Shown: positions 39,752-52,500 of the stretch, piece by piece
Position numbering within the stretch: position 1 is the first letter of the stretch
How the letters are laid out: every line of letters starts with the position of its first letter
Origin: an uncultured cyanobacterium
GTDB lineage: Bacteria; Cyanobacteriota; Cyanobacteriia; Cyanobacteriales; Nostocaceae
Direction of reading: 5' to 3'
Assembly (NCBI GenBank): GCA_963740315.1
Contig: CAVUDP010000002.1
Location: 2,560,001 to 2,624,000 of the forward strand
DNA: 64,000 nt
Made by a program: the position numbers and the translations under genes
The notes under the pieces: generated by a model
The model's database searches: none
What the model was told of the DNA's origin: nothing
What the model saw: only the letters and a program-made list of their open reading frames with translations

Positions 39752-41566
39752 ATGACTGACGTTCCCGCTTCTCGCATTCGTAATTTTTGCATTATCGCTC
39801 ACATTGACCACGGTAAATCAACTTTGGCTGACCGGCTTCTGCAAGCTACTGGTACGGTGGAAAATCGGCAGATGAAGGAGCAGTTTCTCGATAATATGGA
39901 TTTGGAACGGGAGCGTGGCATTACTATTAAGCTGCAAGCTGCCCGGATGAATTATAAGAGTCCAGATGGTCAGGAATATGTACTAAATCTTATTGATACT
40001 CCCGGTCACGTTGATTTCTCTTATGAGGTGTCCCGCAGCTTGGTAGCTTGCGAAGGGGCGCTATTAGTAGTAGATGCTTCTCAAGGTGTGGAAGCTCAGA
40101 CGTTAGCGAATGTTTATTTAGCGATCGAGAACAATTTAGAAATTATCCCGGTTTTAAATAAGATTGATTTACCGGGTGCCGAACCCGAACGGGTAATTGG
40201 CGAAATTGAAGAAATTATTGGTTTGGATTGCAGCGGTGCGATTCTTGCTTCTGCGAAGGAAGGAATTGGTATTCCGGAAATTTTGTCAGCGATTGTTGAA
40301 CGAGTACCGCAGCCCCAGAATACCATTGATGAGCCTTTGCGAGCGTTAATTTTTGATAGTTATTATGATAGCTACCGGGGTGTTGTTGTTTACTTCCGGG
40401 TGATGGATGGATCGCTCAAAACTGGCGATAAAGTCTATCTGATGGCTTCTGGTAAGGAATATGAAATCGATGAATTAGGTGTTCTTTCTCCCACTCAAAA
40501 GCCGGTGGATCAACTCCATGCTGGGGAAGTTGGCTATTTCTCGGCGGCAATTAAAGCCGTGGAAGATGCGCGGGTTGGAGATACGATGACTTTAAGTAAA
40601 GATAAAGCAGCCAAACCTTTACCCGGTTATGCAGAAGCTAAGCCAATGGTATTTTGCGGGATGTTCCCCATTGATTCCGATCAGTTCAAGGATTTACGGG
40701 AAGCTTTAGATAAACTTAAGCTTAACGATGCAGCTTTACAATTTGAACCGGAAACTTCTAGCGCGATGGGTTTTGGTTTCCGTTGCGGGTTTTTGGGTTT
40801 GCTGCACATGGAAATTGTCCAGGAACGTTTGGAACGCGAGTATAATCTCGATTTAATTATTACCGCTCCTTCGGTTGTTTACCGCGTAACTACTAATAAG
40901 GGCGAAGAAATTTACATTGATAATCCCGCTACTCTGCCTTCTCCCAACGAACGCGAAAAAATAGAAGAACCTTACGTTAAGGTAGAAATGATTACACCGG
41001 AAGCCTACGTGGGAACTTTGATGGAGTTGTCACAAGGTAGGCGGGGTGTATTTAAAGACATGAAATATCTGGCTCAAGGGCGGACGACATTAACCTACGA
41101 GTTACCTTTAGCAGAAGTTGTCACCGACTTTTTCGATCAAATGAAATCGCGATCGCGCGGTTATGCGAGCATGGAATATCAGCTAATTGGCTATCGTGAA
41201 AATCATCTGGTAAAACTGGATTTAATGATTAACGGCGATCCAGTTGATTCCTTAGCAATGATTGTCCACCGAGATAAAGCTTATAACGTTGGACGAGGGA
41301 TGGCTGAGAAATTGAAGGAATTAATTCCCCGCCATCAGTTTAAAGTGCCTATTCAAGCCGCGATCGGTAGTAAAATAATTGCCTCAGAACATATTCCAGC
41401 ATTGCGGAAGGATGTATTAGCCAAATGTTACGGCGGTGATATTAGTCGTAAGAAGAAACTTTTGCAGAAGCAAGCCAAAGGTAAAAAGCGGATGAAATCT
41501 GTAGGTACCGTTGATGTTCCCCAAGAAGCATTTATGGCAGTGTTGAAATTGGATCAAAATGCCTAA
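39752..41566 (+). CDS. lepA: Elongation factor 4
   Basis: [39 protein letters not shown]. Confidence 0.98.
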   Translation: MTDVPASRIRNFCIIAHIDHGKSTLADRLLQATGTVENRQMKEQFLDNMDLERERGITIKLQAARMNYKSPDGQEYVLNLIDTPGHVDFSYEVSRSLVACEGALLVVDASQGVEAQTLANVYLAIENNLEIIPVLNKIDLPGAEPERVIGEIEEIIGLDCSGAILASAKEGIGIPEILSAIVERVPQPQNTIDEPLRALIFDSYYDSYRGVVVYFRVMDGSLKTGDKVYLMASGKEYEIDELGVLSPTQKPVDQLHAGEVGYFSAAIKAVEDARVGDTMTLSKDKAAKPLPGYAEAKPMVFCGMFPIDSDQFKDLREALDKLKLNDAALQFEPETSSAMGFGFRCGFLGLLHMEIVQERLEREYNLDLIITAPSVVYRVTTNKGEEIYIDNPATLPSPNEREKIEEPYVKVEMITPEAYVGTLMELSQGRRGVFKDMKYLAQGRTTLTYELPLAEVVTDFFDQMKSRSRGYASMEYQLIGYRENHLVKLDLMINGDPVDSLAMIVHRDKAYNVGRGMAEKLKELIPRHQFKVPIQAAIGSKIIASEHIPALRKDVLAKCYGGDISRKKKLLQKQAKGKKRMKSVGTVDVPQEAFMAVLKLDQNA

Positions 41567-41678
41567 TATCTATTAACCCTCGTTTACCCGCGAAATATTT
41601 TGTAGAGACGCGATATATCGCGTCTCTACATTTGCCGGAATAACAGAAAATTGCTAACAGGTAAATTTACATATAGGG

Positions 41679-41714
41679 AAATCGCCCGTACTCGAAAATA
41701 GTGCGGGCGATTTT
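41679..41714 (+). terminator. Hairpin terminator downstream of lepA
   Basis: AAATCGCCCGTACT...AGTGCGGGCGATTT(T). Confidence 0.65.
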
Positions 41715-42539
41715 GTTAAGAAGTTAGGATTATCTTTATAATACCTAAAAATCTGCTTTTAGTTAAATGTTAGTGGAGATTTTGTGATGCGATGGAGATG
41801 TAGCACTGCGGAATCTACATTGAAGTTTTGGGTTGACAAAATAATTAAGTCGGATCGATCGCTGAATGAGATGGGTAAATTTTGCAGCCCTAAGTTGGAT
41901 CTTGGGTTTTGCTGCGAAGATATTCCAAGCGGAAGATATAGCGATTCTAGGAAAAAATCAATTTAGGAATAATCTATAGTTATAAATACTCTTGTTAAAA
42001 GAATAATCAAATTAAGATATCATGACTTTATTTGCAGTTTCATAACTAAATATCTCATGCAGTCATGTATTATTTAAAGTAGATATTTAGTAATAATATT
42101 TATTTTTATTTACATCTAATACGTAATTAAAAATGATTCGTTAGTAAATTATTTAGAGTTCTAAATTAGATCGCACCATAAATAATTTAGATAATTTTAC
42201 GGTTTACCATCTTGGCTTAAATAGTTGCACAAATTGAGTTTAAACTGATTATTGCTTAAAACAAACATTAATTTAACAGTCATTCGCAATGATAATCATG
42301 GTATAAAATGCCTTTTAACTCCAATGTTTATATATTTTTTAAACTATTTGTTTTATACGGATTAGCTGTAATTGATGTTACATTAACTTCCTATTTATGA
42401 CTATTTAACTACATTAATAAAATATCGCTTTGGACATAGTTCTTGATTTCACATATCTATCTTTAGTACGTTTAAGTAATTATTTGTAACCGTAGAATAA
42501 AAGTATATAAATAGTTAATTCAACTAAGATTAAAGCTTT

Positions 42540-43199
42540 ATGATTCAGGAAATAATTGATATGGCTACTAATGGGCATCAGGATAAACAGAGTGACAACA
42601 ATACGATGGACAAACATCAAGCTGATAGCGATTCAGATTCAAACGCAAATAATGAGTCTCAATCGGGTGATGATTCTTCGCAGAAAAAAGGGATGAATTC
42701 GGTATTAGGTAGGGCACTTATAGGTGGACTTGTCGGTGCTACAGTCACTACATTAGCTGGTGCTTTGGCTAGTAAAAGAACATCTCAAGGTGTAAAACAT
42801 TCTTTAAAAGGGATAAAAGGCGCTGCAAAGACTGTAGGTGAAGGGCTTAGTCAGTCAGGTAAAGGGTTAGGAGACGGAGCCAAGAGTGTCGCTGAGGGCA
42901 TTGGTTATGTTGCGATCGGCGGTACTGTGGATGCCGCTAAAGGTATCACTCAGGGCGTTCAGAAAACTGCAAAAGGTGCATTGCAAGCAGCACAAAATAC
43001 AACGACTAATGTCAATCAAGCCGTTCAAGGTGCAACCGAAAAGGTTAAGGATACTGCAAGCAATATCGCTGATGGTGTCGAGCAAGCCGCAACGAATACA
43101 TCAGATAAAGTTAAAGATACGGCGAGCAATGTTGCTGATGGTGTTGAGCAAGTTGCAGCAAATACAAGCGAAGGCAATAATCAAGACTCATCATCCTGA
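42540..43199 (+). CDS. Glycine-zipper plus 11/22-mer repeat protein (YtxH/GvpT/LEA-like)
   Basis: GRALIGGLVGA; VKDTASNIADG-VEQAATNTSDK repeats; start may be 42561. Confidence 0.75.
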   Translation: MIQEIIDMATNGHQDKQSDNNTMDKHQADSDSDSNANNESQSGDDSSQKKGMNSVLGRALIGGLVGATVTTLAGALASKRTSQGVKHSLKGIKGAAKTVGEGLSQSGKGLGDGAKSVAEGIGYVAIGGTVDAAKGITQGVQKTAKGALQAAQNTTTNVNQAVQGATEKVKDTASNIADGVEQAATNTSDKVKDTASNVADGVEQVAANTSEGNNQDSSS

Positions 43200-43535
43200 G
43201 AGAAAGAGTAATTTGCCGTTAATTGAACCGAATTGGAACCTAAGAAACAAACCCGTTTTTGTTAGAAATTATTTGATTACTCCCAACAGGCTTTATGATT
43301 ACCGCCGTTGAGTGAGGGGGAAGAGGGGGAAGAGGGGGAAGAGGGGTGAGAAATTTTATCGGTAATCTTGTTGAGCGAGACAGGGGTAGGAGCAATATTA
43401 CACCCCGAAGATTGAAATAAGCGATCGCCCGAAGGAATAGTAGTAAAAATGTAATGATTTAATTAACCTTTGCTCCGGGTTAATCAAATCAATACTTGCT
43501 TATAGCTACCATTTTTGGCATAAAGGACTTGCATC

Positions 43536-44123
43536 ATGGTAAATGGAAACCAACAGAATTCAGAACAAGCGAATAATTATCAAGCACTTAGCGATGGAAG
43601 TGGTTTATCTAAAATAGCGATTGGGGCAGTTATTGGTGCGGCATTAGGTGCGTGCGCCGGGGCTTTGAGTAATAAAGGTACGGCTCAAAAGGTTAACCAA
43701 ACTGTACAAACTGTAGGGGATACTGTAAAAAGGGGAAATCAAAGTGTTACCCAAACTGTAGAAAATGTCAGCGATTCTGTCAGGACAATTGCTGAGGGCG
43801 TTAACGATACTGTAAAAGATGTAGGGGATAGCGTTAGGAATACTGCATTAGGCATTAACAACTCTGTAACTAGTGCTGTGGATGCGGTGGCGACTACAGC
43901 CGTGGGAGTTAACGACACCGTAACCAATACAGTAGATGTGGTTAATGGTACAGTTCAAGGTATTAATGACAATGTTCAAGAAAAAGTAAATACAGTTACA
44001 AGTGCAGAGTTAGATATCCAGCCAGATGAAAATCAAGATTCCAACATAGCTAAGACAGTTATTAATCAAAAGACTTATATGTTAGTTCCAATGGAAGATA
44101 TGCCAGAGGAAAATCAGGAGTAA
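43536..44123 (+). CDS. Glycine-zipper plus 11-mer repeat protein
   Basis: IGAVIGAALGACAG; VNQTVQTVGDT / VNDTVKDVGDS / VNDTVTNTVDV repeats. Confidence 0.75.
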   Translation: MVNGNQQNSEQANNYQALSDGSGLSKIAIGAVIGAALGACAGALSNKGTAQKVNQTVQTVGDTVKRGNQSVTQTVENVSDSVRTIAEGVNDTVKDVGDSVRNTALGINNSVTSAVDAVATTAVGVNDTVTNTVDVVNGTVQGINDNVQEKVNTVTSAELDIQPDENQDSNIAKTVINQKTYMLVPMEDMPEENQE

Positions 44124-44168
44124 AGTCAAGGGTGGGTGTTCCCCATCCTACCGTAAGAAAGTATTACT

Positions 44169-46010
44169 ATGAGCGAAAATAAGCAGCCTTGCGATACATG
44201 CGAGCATAATCCCGAATATAATCCCCAGCCAAATACCGATCGACCGATCGCAATATTAACAGATTCCGGTATCGGTGGTGGTTTAGCTGGAGCCGCAATT
44301 GGCGGATTACTGGGACATCGCGTTGGAGGAGTTTTTGGTGCTATGGTGGGTGCAACTGCTGGCGGTTTGGTTGGTAACGGTACGGCAGTACGTATTAACC
44401 GCGTTGTAGAAAGTATCGAAAATTCAGCTAATACTGTATCTAAAACTGTTAACGATAATGTTAACGGTGTAGGCACAGCATTAAAAGATACGATTGAAGA
44501 AGTTAAGCCTTTCGTAGGTACGGCAAATACTGTAGCTCAAGGAGTTAATTATGGCATTAGCAATGTCAATAGTGTAGTAGATACACTTAGAGATACAGCC
44601 ACTGAGGTAAAACCTTCTTTCGTAGGTACGGCATACACTGTAGCCCAAGGAATTAGCTCTAGCGTTAACAGTATTAATAGTGTAGTAAATACGCTAAAAG
44701 ATACAGTTGATGAGGTAAAGCCTTCTGTAGTTGATGCAGTAGATACGGTAGTTAATACAGTAAAAGATACGATTGAGCAGATAAAGCCACCTGCAAACAG
44801 CGATGAGGAAATTATAGAAGATTCAGATCCCGTTGCACCAGCTTTGACAAATCAAGCGGATTCCGAATTTGAAAATATTCAATCAGTTAATACAGTAAAA
44901 GATACTATTGAGCAGATAAATCCACCTGTAAACAGCGATGAGGAGATTAAAGAAGATACAGATATTTGGGCAAACTTGTGGGAAGACAATAGCGAGCTAG
45001 ATGATGTAGTTATACCAGCTTTGACAAATCAAGCGGATTCCGAATTTGAAAATATTCAATCAGTTGATACAGTAAAAGATAATATTGAAGAAATAAAGCC
45101 ATCTACAAACAGCGATCGCGATTCGATGGCAGATGCAGAAAATAGCCAGCTACATCAAGAATCTCTAGTTATAGAGACACCTTTAACAACCCCAGAGCAT
45201 CCAGTAAATATTCAATCAACAGTTAATACAGTAAAAGATAATATTCAAGAAATAAAGCAACCTAACAGCGATCGCGATATCGAAGATACAGATATTTGGG
45301 TAAACTTGTGGGAAGAGAATAGCCACCTAGATGAATCTGCAATTATACCACTGACAACCCCAGCGCATCCAGAAAATATTCAATCAACCACGGAAGAAAT
45401 TGAAACCACTCAACAAGAAACAGTGGTTATACCAGATTTGACAACCCCAGCGCATCCAGAAAATATTCAATCAACCACGGAAGAAATTGAAACCAATCCA
45501 CGATCGCAAAAAATTCAATTCCTTAAAGGAATCTCACCAATCGTTGGAGCAGTTATAGGAGCAGTCGCTTTCGTTTCTTTAGGTTCAATTTCCGGATTTA
45601 GTCCAATACCAAATTCAAGATTAACATCAACGCGATCGCGTACAGCAATACCAGCATCCGAGCCAAGTGCATCAACGCCAGCTGATGGTTGGATTTTTAT
45701 GGGTAATATTAACAAAACTTCAACCCCAGCTTTTGGAAAACCTTTAGTTGAAGGTTCCCAGTCTACAGATTCATCTGTTGTTCCATCGGTAGGAGCATTA
45801 GTTACTGTTAGTTTTAAACCAGGTGTAACTTTAAGGGATAATGTACCACAAAAACCTAATTTCTCTTACAAAGAACAAAAAGCTTTAGATGTTGTTAAGC
45901 CAACAGAGAAACTAAAGATTCTGCAAGTAGAATTTATCGCACCTCAAGTTACTAAATCTGTCACATCCGTTTGGGCAAAAGTCGATCGATGTGGTAAAGA
46001 TTGTAATTAA
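44169..46010 (+). CDS. Glycine-zipper, 11-mer and acidic repeat protein with second TM and C-terminal domain
   Basis: GGGLAGAAIGGLLG; duplicated PALTNQADSEFENIQSV and TTPAHPENIQSTTEEIET; IVGAVIGAVAF TM. Confidence 0.75.
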   Translation: MSENKQPCDTCEHNPEYNPQPNTDRPIAILTDSGIGGGLAGAAIGGLLGHRVGGVFGAMVGATAGGLVGNGTAVRINRVVESIENSANTVSKTVNDNVNGVGTALKDTIEEVKPFVGTANTVAQGVNYGISNVNSVVDTLRDTATEVKPSFVGTAYTVAQGISSSVNSINSVVNTLKDTVDEVKPSVVDAVDTVVNTVKDTIEQIKPPANSDEEIIEDSDPVAPALTNQADSEFENIQSVNTVKDTIEQINPPVNSDEEIKEDTDIWANLWEDNSELDDVVIPALTNQADSEFENIQSVDTVKDNIEEIKPSTNSDRDSMADAENSQLHQESLVIETPLTTPEHPVNIQSTVNTVKDNIQEIKQPNSDRDIEDTDIWVNLWEENSHLDESAIIPLTTPAHPENIQSTTEEIETTQQETVVIPDLTTPAHPENIQSTTEEIETNPRSQKIQFLKGISPIVGAVIGAVAFVSLGSISGFSPIPNSRLTSTRSRTAIPASEPSASTPADGWIFMGNINKTSTPAFGKPLVEGSQSTDSSVVPSVGALVTVSFKPGVTLRDNVPQKPNFSYKEQKALDVVKPTEKLKILQVEFIAPQVTKSVTSVWAKVDRCGKDCN

Positions 46011-46575
46011 GAATTGATATTATACAGCATAAAAAATACTCTGCGTTCCTCCGCGTTATCCTTGGCGCTACTCTGCGTTAAAAAAAATATATCCAATCGC
46101 AAGATTTACAGCCAGTAGGTTGAATAGACAGCAAAGCCAATTTGAAATTGTTAATAGAATGTTTTGAGGGGTAACAAAGGTTCGTAGTAAGCGCTGTACT
46201 CGCTCCGGATTTAGGGAACCGATGCCTTTGAGCCACATTAATTTTAAGGGGTACACCACTGCGCGATCGCCTCATAACGCACCCTATAATAAAATTATAA
46301 TTTCCATCTTGCGGAGTAAGCAAGAATACAACAGTTGAGCTATAATGTATTTTCTACTTTTTATGTAAATATTCCAGATTACAAACTGTCCTAAAATACC
46401 AAGATTTTTACGACCAAAAAGTATTAAGTGTTATTCCTATAGGAAAAAAAGAAAATAGTAAACGCTTAACCTTGTATAAAATTTTCAAAGGCGTATCATA
46501 ATACCGAAACCTTTACTTATTATAAGTAGGAATTTTGGTCGAATCATATCGCGATCTACCTTTATTAAATCATTT

Positions 46576-49500
46576 ATGACACCGCCAACTAATACTCCAT
46601 CAGATTCACATAATTCGCAAAAGCAACCACGAAAGCGTGTTTGGCTGCGTAATGCAGCTAAGATTTTTGGTGTTTCTCTTCTAGGATTGGGTGTTGTTGG
46701 CTATCTAGGCTTGGATTATTGGATTCGTCGCAAGTTACCTGGTTTATTAGATGAGCAGCTAACTGAATTTATCAATCGCCCTGTAAAGGTTGGTAGCGTA
46801 AAGTATTGGAATTTGACTGGGATAAGATTGGAAGACTCTTCGATTCCGGCTACCCAAAATGACCCAAATTATGTTAAAGCTAAAGCTGTAGATATCGGAA
46901 TTAATCCGATTCCGCTGCTGTTTACTCAAACCCTTCCTTTGAGAATAACTTTAATTGAACCGGATCTTTATATTGAGCAAGATAAGCAGGGAGAATGGTT
47001 AAGGCTTAATTTAGATACGAGTGATGAGGAACTTCCTTTTGATATTAACGCTAAAATTCAGCTACAAAAAGCGAAAGTTGCGGTACTTCCTCAAGCTTTA
47101 AATGAGCCTTTTGCTGTCGAGCCAATTAACGGTTTTCTGAATTATAATCCCGATCGAGCTTGGCAATTAGAGTATGGTGTTAATGCGCCGGTTGTTAAGG
47201 GAAAGGTAGATATTGATGGTATTACTCAGTTAAATACTTACAAGAGTAAGATTAATGCTAGGATCGATCGCCTTTCTTTACCGGATTTGACTAATTATGT
47301 CAGAGATAATATTCCGGTAACGATTCCTAGCGGTGAGTTAAATGCCGATTTAAAAATTGATTTACCAAGTTTATCTGAGTTACCTTTTGTGAAGGGTACT
47401 GCTAATTTACAGCGTTTGCAGGTAAAATCTCCACAGTTAAAAGTACCTGTCAATGCTACTGCTAATTTACGTTTCGATGGGCAAAAGGTAAGTTTTGAGG
47501 AAACTGCTGCGAGTTATGGTAGTTTAATTGCTGCGGTTTCTGGGGTTGCCGATTTAGATAAAGGTTTTGATTTAAAGGTTAATACCAATTCTTTCGGTAT
47601 TGCAAACCTGTTAAAAACAACTTCTTTAAAATCTCCTGTAAATATAGATGGTAATTTACAAGCACAGTTACTACTTAAGGGAGATGCGGAAAATCCGATT
47701 TTACTAGGAAATGTTTTTAGTCAACGAGGGATAGTTGTTGATAAAACTGCATTTAGTAAGGTAAATACTGTTTTTGGCGGTAATTATCAGCAGCTGATTT
47801 TAAAAGAATTTCGCGCTACTCCGGCAACTGGTGGTGATATTATCGCTAAGGGTGAGGTTTCATTCCCGAAGTCTTTACCGGAAGTTAAGGATTTTAGTAA
47901 ATCGAAAATAGCCTTAAATTTTGAAGCAATAGTTGCGAATCCAGAAGCAATTGTTGCGAATTACGGCGTTACCAATGACATGGTAAGATTTGGAAGATTA
48001 TTGGCATCTGGTGAAGTTGGAGGAACGATCGCAAATCCAAATGGTGTTTTAGATTGGGAGTTACCCAAAGCTGATGCCGATATAGTTGGAAGAGTTTCTG
48101 GTGGTGGTAAGGTTAGATTGGTTGGCGATCGCGTTACTGCAAATAATATAATTCGTACTGTGGAAGGCTCTCTTGATGTTGATGCGATCGCAAATTTAGC
48201 TACAAATAATTGGAATGCTGCCGTTAATGCCAATAGTTTAGCTTTAAATCCGTTTTTAGCGAAAGTTGAGAATGTCGGGGAAAGGATAAAACAAACTAGA
48301 ATATTTTTACAGCGTGGTAATGTACGGTTAGCCGGAAGTTTAAATGATTTCGATTTTGCGAAAATTCGAGGTGATGTCGATTTAAATTTAAATGTCAATC
48401 AAGGGAATGTTGCCGTCAACGGGAATTTAAATCGAGGCATTTTGACGGCGAATGCTGATGCTAGGGGAATTGGTTTAAATAAAATTGTGCCGGAGTTACC
48501 AATAGCTGTGACGGTGGCGAATAGTAAAGTTAATGTTTCGGGTAGGGTAAAAGAGTTAATTAATTATCAATCGATTGATAGTTTAGATAGTTTCCGCGCT
48601 TCTGTTAACGGAAATTTGATTTTACCGGAAGTTAAGGGAAGAGGTAGAGTTAATTTCAACGGTAATGGCAATTTTGCAACGAAAAATTGGAATTTGGTAG
48701 CGAATGCGAATTCTTTCCCCGTCACATCTTTATTATCGGCAGAGCAGAAAAAGCAATTTAGATTAAATCAATTAAAGCAGCCAGTTACTTTACGACGCGG
48801 TAATGTCAGATTAGCTGGAAATTTAGATATTATCAATGATTTTGATTTATCTAAGGTTAACGGTAATGCCGATTTAAATTTAGCCGTTAATAATGGTACG
48901 GTGAGAGTTGACGGTAATTTAAACTCTGGTATATTACAAGCGAATGTCAACGCTAATAGTGTTCCCGCAAATCCGTTTTTACCGGAATTACCAATACCCG
49001 TTACGGTTGCGAATACTAGAGTCAATCTTTCTGGTAGGGTAAATCAACTTCTAGAATTTGAATCGATTGAGAAATTAGAAAAATTAAATAGTTTCCGAGC
49101 TACCGCGAATGGAAGATTAATAGTACCTGGTAGTAGAGGTGATATCAATTTTAATGCCAATGGTAATTTAGCAACGAATAATTTACAGGCTGTTGTAAAT
49201 GCAAATCGAATTTCGTTAAATCAAGTTTTACCAGATACACCTTTACCCGTCACGGTAAATAATAGTCAGGTAAACGTAACTGGTAAGATAAATCAACTGC
49301 TCGCAAACAACTTTAATAATCTCAACGCCGATGTTAAAGCAAATTTGGGAGTCGCCAAAGGTACTGTAAATGCGATCGCCAATCTCAACAATGGTAAAAT
49401 CGCTAGCAATATCAACGCGAATAACGTCAACACTCCTTTATTGTGTCGCAGCTTTAATATATCTTGTCCGGATCTTTCCCAACTATCGGCTAAATTAAAC

Positions 49501-52500
49501 TTGACGGGAGAAGTTAAACCTTTATTAGCAGGGAATCCGATTTTAATTCAAGCTAACCAAGCTTATGTTACCACCCTGCAACAAGAATTAAACGCCAAAG
49601 GACAAATTGTTATTGTACCTGGTAACGATGGAATATCTTCTTGGAATGTTGCTACAGATTTAAACGTGGATGTAAATTCCAACTTAGCAAAACTTCCTTT
49701 ACAATCTATAGCGCGAGAGTTAGATGAAGAAGGCATACCAAAAGTTAAAGGTAGAGCAGACTTTTCCGGCAGACTTATTGGTAGAAACTTGATTTCAGCA
49801 CCTTTTGCTCCCGGTAACGTCAGATTAGCAGGAAATTTAAACTTAAGAAATCTTGCTTTAGATAAAATTGCATTTCAACCTTTATTACAAGGTCCAATTG
49901 ACGTAAACTTAGGAAACAGCATCGAAATAGATTTACAAGGTAAAAGCGATCGCATCGCCGCAAATTTACAACCTTGTACCAGAGAAGATTGCTTATCCCC
50001 TTATCTTCCCAGCTTCTTCGACTTAAAACAAGGAGTAAATACCCAAAATCCCATACTTCTTAGCGGTGTAAGAAAAGGTGATGTTTTAGATATCAACTTG
50101 AAAAATGCTTCCCTATCATTATTAAACCTTGTTCCCGTCGTAGAAGAAACCATCGGTACTACTGTAGATGGTAAAGCAACTGGAAACCTTGACGTTAACC
50201 TCTTCAATTTAGCAACCGCTGGAAATATTAACGTCGAGAATCCTGCCATCGGTGCTGTCAAAGCCAAAGAATTCGCTGCTGACTTCTCTTATGATGGTGA
50301 TGTTGCTCGTATCGATGCTGCAACTTTGCAAATCGGTAAAACTGAATATGCTTTGCAAGGTAACTATAATTTAAAATCCCAAGATATTAACGGTAGATTG
50401 GTAGCGAATGCTGGCAGAGTACAAGATATTTTCGCTGCTGTAAACGTATTTAACTTAGAAGATTTGCAGGGTGGAGTTAATAGTATACTAAATCCCGAAT
50501 ACGGTGATGCTGCTAATGTACCAACTCAACCCGTCGGAAAACCCGAAGCTCCCATACTCGCACAACTACGCTTATTTGCAGAAGTTGTTAAACGAATTCA
50601 ACAACAAGCTGTTTTAGCTCAAGAAGATAATACCATTCAATTTGATATCCAAGGCAAATATGATGCCGAAGTTGCCGTTGCTGGAAAGCTGACAAATCCC
50701 CAAGTTAATTTTCTCGTACAAGGTAACAATTGGGAATGGCGACCTCAATCCGAATATGTGACATATAATCCTCGTGAAGGTGTTGTTGTCAAACAAAATC
50801 AAGCTATAGATATTAATCAAGTAGTAGCCAGAGGAAGTTACGAAAATGGCATAATTCAATTACAGCCAACACAAGTAAATGTGGAAGGTGGTTTAATTGC
50901 TCTTAATGGAAAATTAGAATTAGCTCGATTGCAATCTTCGGGAGTTGTGCAAATTCAAAATCTTCCCGTAGAGTTAGCCAAAAGGTTTGTCGATTTACCC
51001 GTTGATGTCGGTGGTAAATTTAATTTACAAGCAAATTTGGGAGGAAATGCATTCAAACCCGATATTCCCCAAGGTGCATTTTCCTTAGTTAACGGTACCA
51101 TCAACCAACAACCGTTAGGAGAATTAGCCGGGAATTTCAACTATATTGATTCCATCGGCAGACTTATCACCACTCCCAATTCCATTGTTAAAGTTGACGC
51201 AACGGTTGCTTATCCCCTCCAGCCAAATCGAACTAATACCGTTGCCGTACAAGCGAAAATCGATAACCAAGCTTTACAACTTTTAGGTGCTTTCACGCAA
51301 AATCAAGTCGAATGGGTAAATGGAAATGGCGAAATTGCGATCGCGATTAACGGTGAATTAGATCCCAACGCCGATACAATTCGAGGAGCATTGAATGAAT
51401 TGGTGGCTCAAACTGCAATCAATATTCAAAATGCCACAATCAAAACCAAGCAGTTAGAAAGCGATATTAAATTAACTGCTGTCGGTAACGCTAATTTGCA
51501 ACGAGAGATTATTCAAGTAGAGGGAATATCCGGTAGTTTAGCTGAAAGTCCATTTAATATTACGGGTAATTTACCTATATTTCAACCCCAAAGCAATCAA
51601 CCTTTAACTGTAATTTTGGGTTCTAGAAATGTAGATTCTGAAGATATAATTTTTGAAGATATAGAACCTGAAAAAATCAAATTAAAAGGTTTATATAACG
51701 GACAAATTGCTTCTTATATACAGGTTTCCCGTACAGCATTAAATCCTGTAATTAGTGGAGATATTCTTTTAAAACAAGGGAAAGTTGATATCCCGAAACG
51801 AGAAGAAGAAGCGGAAAATGCCGAAGAATTACAAGCGAAATTGAAAAACGCAGCTAATGAAGAAGTTGCACAATCCAAACAATTAAACCAACCGCAACAG
51901 CCAAATAATTTACCCATCAACCCCACATTTAACAACTTTAAAGTAACTTTAGGTAGAGGATTTAGATTTACTCGAAATGTACCGCGAGTTAACTTCCGCA
52001 TGGCAGGAGACTTTACAATTAATGGTGGTTTGAATAATCTACGAGGAGATGGAGAAATTGAGCTTAGAAGAGGTAGTGTAGCCCTACTAGAAAACTCATT
52101 CTTTATTACACGCGATCGCAAACAAGTAGTGACGTTTTTACCGAGTCGTAGTTTACTAAATCCCCAACTTGATGTAGAATTACAAACTACAGTAGTTGAC
52201 GCTCCAAATTTCGATCGCTTACAAGCTGTAAACTCCGAAATCCGGGATGATGTAGTTGCAGCAGCTAACCCAGAACAAATTGATGTTAGAATTCTAGTTG
52301 AAGGTGAAGCACAAGAACTACTTGCATCTTTAGGTAATAATACATCTAATGGGGATGCTTGCATAACATATCAAAGAAATATCCGATCGACTCAATTAGG
52401 AAATCCAACTACCGATTCTGCAAACAAATTAAGAGCTGTTGTTAACTGCATCAACGCCAATAGTAAAGTAGCTATCCAAACAAGAGACATACTTGATAAC

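Noticed and set aside
41784..41966. 60-aa ORF after lepA
   Set aside because: Starts in a degenerate REP-like palindrome and has no recognisable features
42540..46010. Gas vesicle gene cluster
   Set aside because: Only GvpT/YtxH-like low-complexity similarity; no gvpA, gvpC or gvpN in the window
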